Shown: positions 54,284-64,000 of the stretch, piece after piece
Numbering within the stretch: position 1 is the first letter of the stretch
Layout: each line of letters begins with the position of its first letter
Assembly: GCA_963822965.1 (NCBI GenBank)
Contig: CAWGJT010000010.1
Coordinates: 480,001-544,000, forward strand
Length of the DNA stretch: 64,000 nucleotides
Direction: 5' to 3'
From: an uncultured delta proteobacterium
Lineage (GTDB): Bacteria; Myxococcota_A; UBA9160; UBA4427
Program-made: the position numbers and the translations under genes
The notes under the pieces: generated by a model
Database searches by the model: none
Told to the model about the DNA's origin: nothing
The model's input: only the letters and a program-made list of their open reading frames with translations

Positions 54284-56131
54284 TCACGGAGACAGGTCGA
54301 TCTCCGACGAGGCGCGGCCCAGGTGGTCGGCCCACAGGGTGTAGTCGGCGCCGTCCACCACGTCGTCGCAGTTCTGGTCGCCGTCGCTGGGCGTCACGCC
54401 GGTGTCGCCGAAGTTGAACTCCAGCACGAAGATGTCCGATTGGTCGTCGACGACGCCGCTGCCATCCACGTCGCCCGCCCAGAAGTCGCGGCCGGTACAC
54501 TCGCAGGCGTCGCCGGTTCCGTCGCCGTCCGAGTCGAGCTGGTTGCCCGCGCCCGCGTCGGGCCCGTCCTCGGCCAGGGGGCAGACGTCGCAGCGGTCTC
54601 CCACGCCGTCCGCTTCCACGTCGGACTGGCCGGTATTGGACAGCAGCGGGCAGTTGTCGCCCGCGCCCACGGTGATGCCGTCGAAGTCGCTGTCCGCGTC
54701 GTCGGGGCCGAGCCCGAGAGCGTCCGCGCAGTCGAGGCGCGGGAACGAGAGCATCGTCGCCGGATCGGTCACCTGGGCGGGCGATGCGGTGATGAGGCTG
54801 CCGATCTGCGCCGGCGTGCGCATCGGGTCCTGCTCGACGAGCAGGGCGGCGCAGCCCGCCACCGCCGGCGACGAGAACGACGTGCCGTTCGCGAGGCCGA
54901 TCCCGCCGCTGTTGATCGGCCCGATCATCTTGCCCCCCGGCGAGAAGACGTCGGTGTTCGGCGCCGCGTTGGTGTAGCAGGTGACCTGGTCCGGCGCGGT
55001 GGTGGCGTCGCTGCAGCTGAACGTACCGAAGTCGAGCGACTGGCTGCCCACGTCGGCGTCCCAGACGGCGCCTACCGCGATCACGTTGGACAGGCACGCC
55101 GGGGCCGGAAGCTGCGCGGTGTCGCCGGCGTTGCCGGCCGCCGCCACCACCGTCACGCCCCGGGTGACCAGCTCGTCCACCACGTCCCCGAGCATCGAGA
55201 TGGCGCCGCCGGCATTGTCGCAGCTTCCGGTGTAGCGCGTGTCCGTGGCGAGGCTCATGTTGACGACGCGCACCGTCGAGGTGGCCGGCGGCAGCGCCGT
55301 GTAGTTGTCCACCACCCACGAGAGACCCGCCACGATGGTCGACGCGTTGCTGAAGACGAGGTTCGAGTCGAGCACCTTCACGGCCACCACGTCCGCCGCG
55401 GGCGCCAGCCCGATGGACGCGAGGCCGCCCCGGCTCGCGAGCACCGCGGCGACCAGGGTGCCGTGGCCGTTGTCGTCTTCGGCGGAGCCGGGTCCGTCGG
55501 CACCCCCCGGGCAGCAGCCCGGGCTGCACTCGCAGTGCTGGGCGACGACCATCCCCGCCAGGTCCGGGTGGTCGTTGTCCACGCCGGAGTCGAGCACCGC
55601 GGCGGTGACCCCGGTGCCCGAGAAGCCCGCGGTGCTCGCCGTGTAGCCGCCCACCAGGGCCATGGTCTCCGCCAGGGCCCCGTGCCCGCCGCCGTCGAGA
55701 TCGACGGCGCGCACCGCGGGGTTCGCGAGCAGCCGCGAGACGGCGCGCAGGTGGAGCTCGCCCGCGAGGCCGGCGGCATGCTCGAACCGGTGGCGCAGGT
55801 GGAAGTCCGAAACGGGGCAGTCGGCCAGCACCCGGCCCCCCAGCTCGAGGATGCGTTGGCGGCGCTCGCTGCGGGAGACCCGCCCGCGAGCCGGAGCCTC
55901 CAGGGTGATGACGACCGGCGCGACGTCGCTCTCGCGGTACGCGGCCAGCAGCGCGTCCCCCACCCGGCCGCTGGCGCGGAGTGCGTCGAGGAGCCGCTCG
56001 CGGGGGGTCGACGGGAGAGGCTCGCCGCCGGTGGCGGCCGAGCTGCTGCCCGAGACGGCCAGCAGCACCAGCCCCCAGAGAACGAGCGAAACCCTGCGCC
56101 GTCTCGACGCTGCCAATCCGACCTCGTGCAT
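54284..56131 (-). CDS. Secreted subtilisin-like S8 peptidase with TSP3-like and dockerin-like C-terminus
   Basis: AVLDSG, DDNGHGT, AAAGN, GTSFSSP; DSDGDGTGDAC-type repeats; GDQNCDDVVDGADY. Confidence 0.88.
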   Translation of the reverse strand: MHEVGLAASRRRRVSLVLWGLVLLAVSGSSSAATGGEPLPSTPRERLLDALRASGRVGDALLAAYRESDVAPVVITLEAPARGRVSRSERRQRILELGGRVLADCPVSDFHLRHRFEHAAGLAGELHLRAVSRLLANPAVRAVDLDGGGHGALAETMALVGGYTASTAGFSGTGVTAAVLDSGVDNDHPDLAGMVVAQHCECSPGCCPGGADGPGSAEDDNGHGTLVAAVLASRGGLASIGLAPAADVVAVKVLDSNLVFSNASTIVAGLSWVVDNYTALPPATSTVRVVNMSLATDTRYTGSCDNAGGAISMLGDVVDELVTRGVTVVAAAGNAGDTAQLPAPACLSNVIAVGAVWDADVGSQSLDFGTFSCSDATTAPDQVTCYTNAAPNTDVFSPGGKMIGPINSGGIGLANGTSFSSPAVAGCAALLVEQDPMRTPAQIGSLITASPAQVTDPATMLSFPRLDCADALGLGPDDADSDFDGITVGAGDNCPLLSNTGQSDVEADGVGDRCDVCPLAEDGPDAGAGNQLDSDGDGTGDACECTGRDFWAGDVDGSGVVDDQSDIFVLEFNFGDTGVTPSDGDQNCDDVVDGADYTLWADHLGRASSEIDLSP

Positions 56132-56192
56132 TCCTGGGGGTGGCGGCAGGGTAACACGCCGGCCGCGGGCCGAAATTGGCGAATGCGGTCGG

Positions 56193-57416
56193 CTACGAGC
56201 GCCCGATCAGGGTGGACAGGTCGGGCGCGTCGGGCACCTGGGCGCGAAGGCGAAGGCCCAGGTCGGCCGCATGGGACGCCGCCAGCTCGTTGTCCAGGAT
56301 GGCGCGCAGCGCGTTCGCGAGGTCCGGGGCGCGCAGGCGGCGGCGCGGCAGCGGCGGCGGGGCCACCCCCAACGCGTGGGCCCGGCCGCCCCAGTAGTAC
56401 TGGTCGACGCCGTGGGGAACCACGATCTGCGGCACCCCGGCGCGGGCCGTGGTGGTCGTGGTTCCGGCGCCGCCGTGATGGACCACCGCGGCCATGCGCG
56501 GGAACAGCCGTCGGTGGTCGACGGGCCCGGTGCGGAACACGTGCTCCGGCAGCGGGCCGTCGCCGAGTCCCGCCCAGCCGGCGGAGATCACCGCCCGACA
56601 GCCCGCCTCCGCCAGCGCCTGCAGGATCAGCCGGGTGGTCTTCTCCGGCGCGGGGTCGGTCATGCTGCCGAACCCGAGGTAGACCGGCGCGGACCCCGCG
56701 GCCAGGAAGGCCTCCAGCTTCTCAGGCAGGGGCGGGCCCGGGGGTCCGTGCAGATAGGGAATCGTGTCGACCTCCACGTTCGTGTCCCGGGGCAGCGGGG
56801 CCAGGATCGCGTCCGCGGACAGCACCGGGCGCGGCGACAGGAGCGAGCGGTAGAGATCCCGGGCCGGCGGCAGGCCCAGGCGACGGCGGTGTCGGTTGAC
56901 CTCGAGGCCGACTAGGCGCGAGACCGCGGGAACCAGCAGGCGCCACAGCATCCGGTTCAGCCAGCGCGGTGTGCTCGCCGTGGGAACCACGAAGGGCGCG
57001 TGCTCGTCGGAGGGCAGCAGCACGGGACAGTAGGTGATGAAGCGGTACGGGATGCCGTGGCGCTCCGCCACCGAGGGCCCCGCGAAGCAGAGCCCCGCCC
57101 CCAGCATCAGATCCACGTCCCGGGTCGCGTCCGGAAGACGCTCGAACTGCCGGGCGAGGGTCGCGTCGAAGTAGCGCTTGCCGGCGAGCGCGAAGCCCAG
57201 GCGTCCGCTCAGGATCCCCGCCGCTTCCCGGTCGAGGAAGTCCCGGACGTCGACGCCCATCGGTCGCAGCTCGAAGCCCCGTTCCCGGCACTCGCTCGCG
57301 GCATCCGGCGGACCGCAGAGCACCAGCGTGTGGCCGGCGTCCCGGAGGTGATCCGCGAGCGCGAGCATGGGATGCACGTCCCCGCGCGTTCCGTCCACCG
57401 CCACTGCGATTCGCAT
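56193..57416 (-). CDS. GT-B glycosyltransferase (GT1/GT28, sterol glucosyltransferase-like)
   Basis: GTRGDVHP, YLGFGSM, HHGGAGTT, DQYYWG. Confidence 0.9.
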   Translation of the reverse strand: MRIAVAVDGTRGDVHPMLALADHLRDAGHTLVLCGPPDAASECRERGFELRPMGVDVRDFLDREAAGILSGRLGFALAGKRYFDATLARQFERLPDATRDVDLMLGAGLCFAGPSVAERHGIPYRFITYCPVLLPSDEHAPFVVPTASTPRWLNRMLWRLLVPAVSRLVGLEVNRHRRRLGLPPARDLYRSLLSPRPVLSADAILAPLPRDTNVEVDTIPYLHGPPGPPLPEKLEAFLAAGSAPVYLGFGSMTDPAPEKTTRLILQALAEAGCRAVISAGWAGLGDGPLPEHVFRTGPVDHRRLFPRMAAVVHHGGAGTTTTTARAGVPQIVVPHGVDQYYWGGRAHALGVAPPPLPRRRLRAPDLANALRAILDNELAASHAADLGLRLRAQVPDAPDLSTLIGRS

Positions 57417-57601
57417 GGAGTGGACATCGAGTCGGCGGCGTGCGCGCTTGAGGGCTCTCGCGGCGGCCGAGGGCTCTTACCCCCCGCGGCTGAGTGCTCT
57501 CACCGCGGCGCGACGCTCGGATGCGTCCGGCCTGCCGTGCGCCTGCGCGGGAGCTGCGCGGCCGGGTGCCGTTTCTTCGACCCGGCCGACCCGGTGCTTC
57601 G

Positions 57602-58387
57602 TCAGACGGTGGGAAACGCGAACGGCCAGTTCGTCGCCTCGGTCCCGCCGTCCACCTCGAACACCTTGCCCGTCACCCACGACGAGGCGGACGAGGCGAG
57701 ATAGAGCGCCATCAGGGCGATGTCCTCCACCTCGCCGAGGCGCTTCATGGGCGTCAGGGCCTCCATCTTCGCCATGGTCTCGGCGTCCAGGAAGGGCGTC
57801 AGCGCCGACGTGCGCACGGAGCCCACGGCGATGGCGTTCACGCGCACCCGTGGCGCGAACTCGGCGCCGAGCAGGCGCGTCAACGCGGACAGGGCCGCCT
57901 TGGCGGTGCCATAGGCGGCGAAGCCCGGCTGGGGCAGCCGGCCGGCCGCCGACGAGATGTTGACGACCGCGCCTCCGCCGTTCTCGAGCATCCGGGGCAC
58001 GGCGAAGCGCGTCATCAGGAAGGCGGTCGTGACGTTGAAGTGGAAGGCCTGATCGAACATCGCCTCGCTGGTGCGCAGGGCCTCCTTGGGCGGCGAGCCG
58101 CCGGCGTTGTTGACCAGCACGTCGACCCGGCCGAACTCCTTCTGCGCGCACGCGACCACGTTCTCGAGCTGCTCGCGCTGGCTGACGTCGCAGGGCACGG
58201 CGATCGAGCGTCCGCCCAGGGAGGAGGCCCGCGCGGCCACCGCTTCGATCTGCTCGGGGGTGCGCGCCGCGCAGACGACGTTCGCCCCCATCTCGGCGAG
58301 GGCCAGCGCGCAGCCCTCCCCGATGCCGCGCCCGGCACCGGTCACGATGGCCACCTTTCCCTCCATGCGGAATCGATCCAGGATCAT
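57602..58387 (-). CDS. SDR family oxidoreductase
   Basis: TGAGRGIG, NNAG, YGTAK. Confidence 0.92.
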   Translation of the reverse strand: MILDRFRMEGKVAIVTGAGRGIGEGCALALAEMGANVVCAARTPEQIEAVAARASSLGGRSIAVPCDVSQREQLENVVACAQKEFGRVDVLVNNAGGSPPKEALRTSEAMFDQAFHFNVTTAFLMTRFAVPRMLENGGGAVVNISSAAGRLPQPGFAAYGTAKAALSALTRLLGAEFAPRVRVNAIAVGSVRTSALTPFLDAETMAKMEALTPMKRLGEVEDIALMALYLASSASSWVTGKVFEVDGGTEATNWPFAFPTV

Positions 58388-58444
58388 CGGTGCTCGCTCC
58401 TTCGGGGTCGCGCCTCGGGAACCGGGCGTCGGGTTCGGGGAGAG

Positions 58445-58939
58445 TCAGAGGCCGTGCTCGCGGCGGACATGCTCGAGGAACGCCCGGCAGCCACGTTCGC
58501 AGATCTCGAACACGCGGTCGAAGCCGTGGGGCCCGCCGTAGTACCCGCCGTAGTAGGGGTCGGGCACGTCCGGCTCGCCGGCGGACCCGGGGTCGAAGCT
58601 GCGCAGCAGGTGGATCCGCGCGGCCGCCTCGGGGTGGGGCGCCAGGGCCTTCAGGGCGGCCAGGTTCTCCCGGTCCATCGCCAGCACGTAGTCGAAGCGG
58701 TCGAAGTCGTCGACCCGGAACTGCCGGGCCACCCCCGCGAGTCGGACGCCCCGCTCGCGGGCCGCCTGGGCGCTGCGCGGGTCGGCGGGCTCGCCCGCGT
58801 GGTACGCGGCGGTTCCCGCGCTGTCGACGGCGACCTGCTGCTCGAGCCCCGCCTCGGTGACGAGCCGCCGCATCACGCCCTCGGCGGTGGGAGACCGGCA
58901 GATGTTACCGAGGCAGACGAAGCAGACCTGGACCGTCAT
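58445..58939 (-). CDS. Low-molecular-weight protein-tyrosine phosphatase
   Basis: CLGNICRS P-loop, DSAGT, DVPDPYY. Confidence 0.92.
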   Translation of the reverse strand: MTVQVCFVCLGNICRSPTAEGVMRRLVTEAGLEQQVAVDSAGTAAYHAGEPADPRSAQAARERGVRLAGVARQFRVDDFDRFDYVLAMDRENLAALKALAPHPEAAARIHLLRSFDPGSAGEPDVPDPYYGGYYGGPHGFDRVFEICERGCRAFLEHVRREHGL

Positions 58940-58981
58940 GGGGTCGGAGGGAATACCGCTCCGGCCGGCATCGGGCAACGG

Positions 58982-60482
58982 TCACGGCTTGTGTCGGGCG
59001 GGCCCCCCGGCGATTCGCCCGGCCATGTTGCGGATCATGCGCACGGCCACCGCGGGATTGCAGGTGACGAGCTGCTCGAGCTCGGCTTCGTTGAAGATGC
59101 ACACCCAGACCGGTCCCTCGGCGCGCAGGGTGAGCTGGCGGGGCGCCCCGGTGAGGGTCGAGATGGCGCCGAGCAGGGCGCCCTCGCGGGTCTCCGTATC
59201 CACCAGGGCCTCGCCCCGCTCCACCCGCACCCGTCCCTTCAGGAGGAGCAGGGTGTGGTGGGCGCGGTCGTTCTCGCCCGAGAGCACCTCGCCGTCCTCG
59301 AAGCGCGCGAAGAAGCGGTCGAAGCCCGGGGAGCGGCAGATCGAGGCCCACAGCGGATCCACGAGGGACTCGATCACGCGGCGGATCTCCACGGGGTCGA
59401 CGTTCGCGCGGTGGGCGTTCACGAGCGTGCGCGAATCGAGCCCGAAGCCCGAGACGATCGCCTTGACCTGGGTCAGGACCTCCGAGGCGCCGCCCGGCCG
59501 CAGGGTGGGATCGATGTAGAGGCAATCCATGATTACCTCTTCCAGGGGCGGCGGGCAGCGCAGGGCGACGTCCGAGAGCCGCTGGAGCCCGAAGACGTTG
59601 CCTGACTCCTTGCGGCGCAGCACGTCCTGGCGCTTGTTGAGATCGATGCCCGTGTAGAGCGACCAGGCCGTGGCGCCCACGCCCCACAGGTCCGTGCGCA
59701 TGTCGAAGGACTGGATCGTGCAGCTGTCCTGCTCGGGCGCGCGGTAGCCGTGGGTGCCGAGGCCGACGGCGATCTGGCCCTGGTAGAGGAGCCCCTTGGA
59801 CATGCGCGACGAGTGCGAGACGCCGAAGTCGGTGAGCACGAAGCCCCCGTTCCCGTCGAGCAGCACGTTCGAGGGCTTGACGTCGAGATGCAGGATCGAG
59901 GCGCGGTGGGCGGCGGACAGCGCCGAGAGCAGGTCGGTGATGAGGCGCCACGTCTGGGTTTCGTCGAAGCGTCCCATGAAGGGCCGGGCGTCCGCCAGGC
60001 TGCCCGCCGGAAAGTACTGCAGGGCCACGAAGGCCTGCTCGCCGTCGATCGTCCAGTCGTAGAGCTTCGGGATGCGGTCGTGCCGGATGGCGAGCAGGGC
60101 GGCCAGCTCGCGCTTCAGGGAGCTGCGCGCCTGGCGGTCGTTGGTGGATCCGATCACCTTGATGGCGACCTGGGGCGGGGGGCCGTCGTCGCCGTTGCGG
60201 CCGTCGAGGGAGTCGGCGAGGAAGACCGAGCCGAATCCCCCCTTCCCGAGGCGGCGCACCAGGCGATAGCGATGCCGGGCCTCGAGCACGTCCCCCGGCT
60301 CGGGTCCGCGTCTCGGGCTCCCGCGCCTTGGCGGCGGGCTTCCGCGGCTCTCCCCCGGTGTCGAGGCTCTCGGTCGAGACCCGCGTGCCCCGGCCGCGCG
60401 GGGTCGCGCCGCCCGTCGCGACCGTCATCGACTCGGTGTCGGTCGGCTGCGTGGGCTCGTTGGGTGAGACTCGCTGGGCCAT
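58982..60482 (-). CDS. Ser/Thr protein kinase with C-terminal cNMP-binding-like domain
   Basis: GKGGFG, VAIK, HLDVKPSN, DFG, APE; C-terminal LLKGRVRV...G.IS.LTGAPRQ.T; N-terminal extension from 60482 joined through a probable indel (otherwise start 60289). Confidence 0.85.
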
Positions 60483-60734
60483 GACCGCGCTCGGGCTCCG
60501 TTCGCTTCCGGGTGCTGCGGGCGCGCCGGTCCCCGACGGCGGCAGACCGCACGGCGGCACCGGGGACAACCCCTCGTTGCTGCTGTGCCTTATCGGCGGA
60601 CGCGGTCTCGGACTGTGGTGGAACGGCACCCCTGAGGTGCCGGGACGGCATCCGCCGGCTGCAGCCGGCCTGGAGGCGTTCCGCCGGGAGCGGACTCGGG
60701 GCCGCGCGCGAGGCGCTGCGTCGACGCCGCGATC

Positions 60735-61073
60735 TCAGCCGATGGGACGGTCGTCCTCGGAGCCGCGCGAAGCGCTCTCCTGCTCCTTGGCCCGGCGCAT
60801 CTCGCGGAATCCCTTGTAGCCGTACCAAGCGGCGGCCAGGGAGAGCAGCGCGAAGCCGCCCCGATTGAAGGCGAGATGCTCGAGCATCTTGGGGTCCTGG
60901 TTGATGAAGCCGTCGTAGAAGAACCACAGCGACAGCCCCACCAGGATCACGGGCAGGAAGAGCGGATGGTCGAACGGGGTCTCGACCGGCTCGTCGTCCT
61001 CGGGCGTCTCGGCCGCGCGCGCTTCCTCGTCGTCGTCCGCGGCTCCCGGCTCCGGACGCTGGTCTTCAGGCAT
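60735..61073 (-). CDS. Small hypothetical membrane protein (two TM helices)
   Basis: Acidic N-terminus, two hydrophobic segments, WFFYDGF. Confidence 0.6.
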   Translation of the reverse strand: MPEDQRPEPGAADDDEEARAAETPEDDEPVETPFDHPLFLPVILVGLSLWFFYDGFINQDPKMLEHLAFNRGGFALLSLAAAWYGYKGFREMRRAKEQESASRGSEDDRPIG

Positions 61074-61350
61074 GCGCGGCAGGGTAGCAGCGAGCCCCGC
61101 TGCGGCCTACACAGGCCGCGGCGATCCGGCTCCGAAGAGCAACGGAAGCCGCGGCGGGCTCGGACCGGGTCGCCCGGATGCTCGAGCAGGGGACTGTGTC
61201 CCGGTCTCGATGTCGCGAAGCACCTCCGACGCGATCCCTGCGTGTCGCCGCTCCGGCAGGGTCTCGTCCACCCCTGCGCGGATGGGCTCACGGGGGGGTG
61301 TCCTGGTACCGTGGGACGACACCACGCGTCGCCGCTCCCGGGGGTCCCGA

Positions 61351-61989
61351 ATGCTGACCATCCACCATCTCGGTGTCTCGCAGTCCGATCGCATCGTCTG
61401 GCTGATGGAGGAGCTGGGGCTTCCGTATCGACTCGAGTGGTACGACCGCGGAGAGGACGGCCTCGCTCCGCCGGAGTACCTGGCGCTCCATCCGGCGGCG
61501 ACCGCGCCGGTGGTCCAGGACGGGGATCGGGTGCTCGCCGAGTCGGCGGCGATCGTCGAGCACATCTGCCACCGGCACGCGGGTGGAAGGCTGACGGTGG
61601 GGCCCGCCGAGCCCGATTACGTCGAATACCTCTACTGGATGCACTTCAACAACAACGTCCAGGGGCTGTTCTTCGCCAAGCTGGCCATGGGCGCCCAGAC
61701 CGAGGGAGCCGAAGCCGAACGGATCGCCGGGTTCATCCGGAGGCGTGAAGAGGGATACTACGGCGTCCTCGATCGGCGGCTCGGCGAGTCGCCGTATCTC
61801 GCGGGCCCCGAGCTGACCTGCGCGGACATCATGGTGACGTTCAATCTCACCGAGCTGCCGCTCTTCGGCGGCCGGAGCATCGACGACCTGCCGAACGTGG
61901 TGGCCTACGTGGAGCGGATCGGGCAACGGCCCGCCTACGTGCGGGCCATGGAGATCGCCGGGCCTGGCGCGGTGCGACCGGAGGCCTGA
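61351..61989 (+). CDS. Glutathione S-transferase family protein
   Basis: RIVWLMEELG, HP...P, LAESAAI, YLAG..LTCADI. Confidence 0.9.
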   Translation: MLTIHHLGVSQSDRIVWLMEELGLPYRLEWYDRGEDGLAPPEYLALHPAATAPVVQDGDRVLAESAAIVEHICHRHAGGRLTVGPAEPDYVEYLYWMHFNNNVQGLFFAKLAMGAQTEGAEAERIAGFIRRREEGYYGVLDRRLGESPYLAGPELTCADIMVTFNLTELPLFGGRSIDDLPNVVAYVERIGQRPAYVRAMEIAGPGAVRPEA

Positions 61990-62077
61990 GCCGGGCGTGC
62001 CGGGAAGGCAGGCCGGGATCGACAGCGAGTGCGTGGCACGGGACACTGGGATCCCCACTTCCTGCCAGGAGGACTTC

Positions 62078-63733
<1,656 letters not shown>

Positions 63734-63741
63734 GGACCCCC

Positions 63742-64000
63742 ATGCTTCGCGAGTCCTATCCCTACTACCTGGCGAACCGGCCCGAGGCGCCGAACCGCGA
63801 CCTCGAGGTCGTCGACAAGTATCGGGGCGACGTGGCGACCCGGGTCGCCCTGGCCGACGAAGCGGCGATCGATCGGGCGATCGCCGCGGCGGTCGCGGCC
63901 GCCGAGCCGATGGCGCGCATGCCCGCCTACGAGCGCCAGGCGGTGCTGATGCACTGCGTGCAGCGCTTCGGCGAGCGGGCCGAGGAGCTGGCGCTGGCCC
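63742..64000 (+). CDS. Aldehyde dehydrogenase family protein, N-terminal part (runs off window)
   Basis: MLRESYPYYLANRP...VVDKY.G.VATRVALAD...IDRAIAAA...MPAYERQAVL. Confidence 0.8.
   Translation, partial: MLRESYPYYLANRPEAPNRDLEVVDKYRGDVATRVALADEAAIDRAIAAAVAAAEPMARMPAYERQAVLMHCVQRFGERAEELALA

Overview
Very GC-rich bacterial chromosomal segment; gene content suggests a Myxococcota/Deltaproteobacteria-like organism (inference). Main blocks: (i) a low-oxygen/stress island with a molybdopterin oxidoreductase, CBS and USP proteins, a complete cbb3 oxidase operon ccoNOQPGHIS, a cytochrome c'-like lipoprotein and a DksA/TraR protein; (ii) lipid/ester genes (WS/DGAT, two beta-lactamase-like esterases, PlsC, sulfotransferase) and a caspase-like lipoprotein; (iii) a queuosine-precursor transporter, cyclophilin, multi-PAS/GAF hybrid kinase and a GH38 hydrolase; (iv) a complete Na+-NQR operon nqrABCDEF-apbE-nqrM; (v) argD, xylB-xylA-galM and assorted enzymes and signalling genes. 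The cco, nqr, kinase and GH38 genes carry many 1-nt frameshifts that are probably long-read errors, so their coordinates are approximate. No rRNA, tRNA, CRISPR or transposase was seen. Best novel candidates: an apparent ribosome-mediated arginine attenuator upstream of argD (promoter, Arg-run leader peptide, antiterminator, terminator), a family of CTAG-anchored palindromic REP/MITE-like repeats (one sits where a sulfatase gene breaks off), and recurrent leaderless gene starts.
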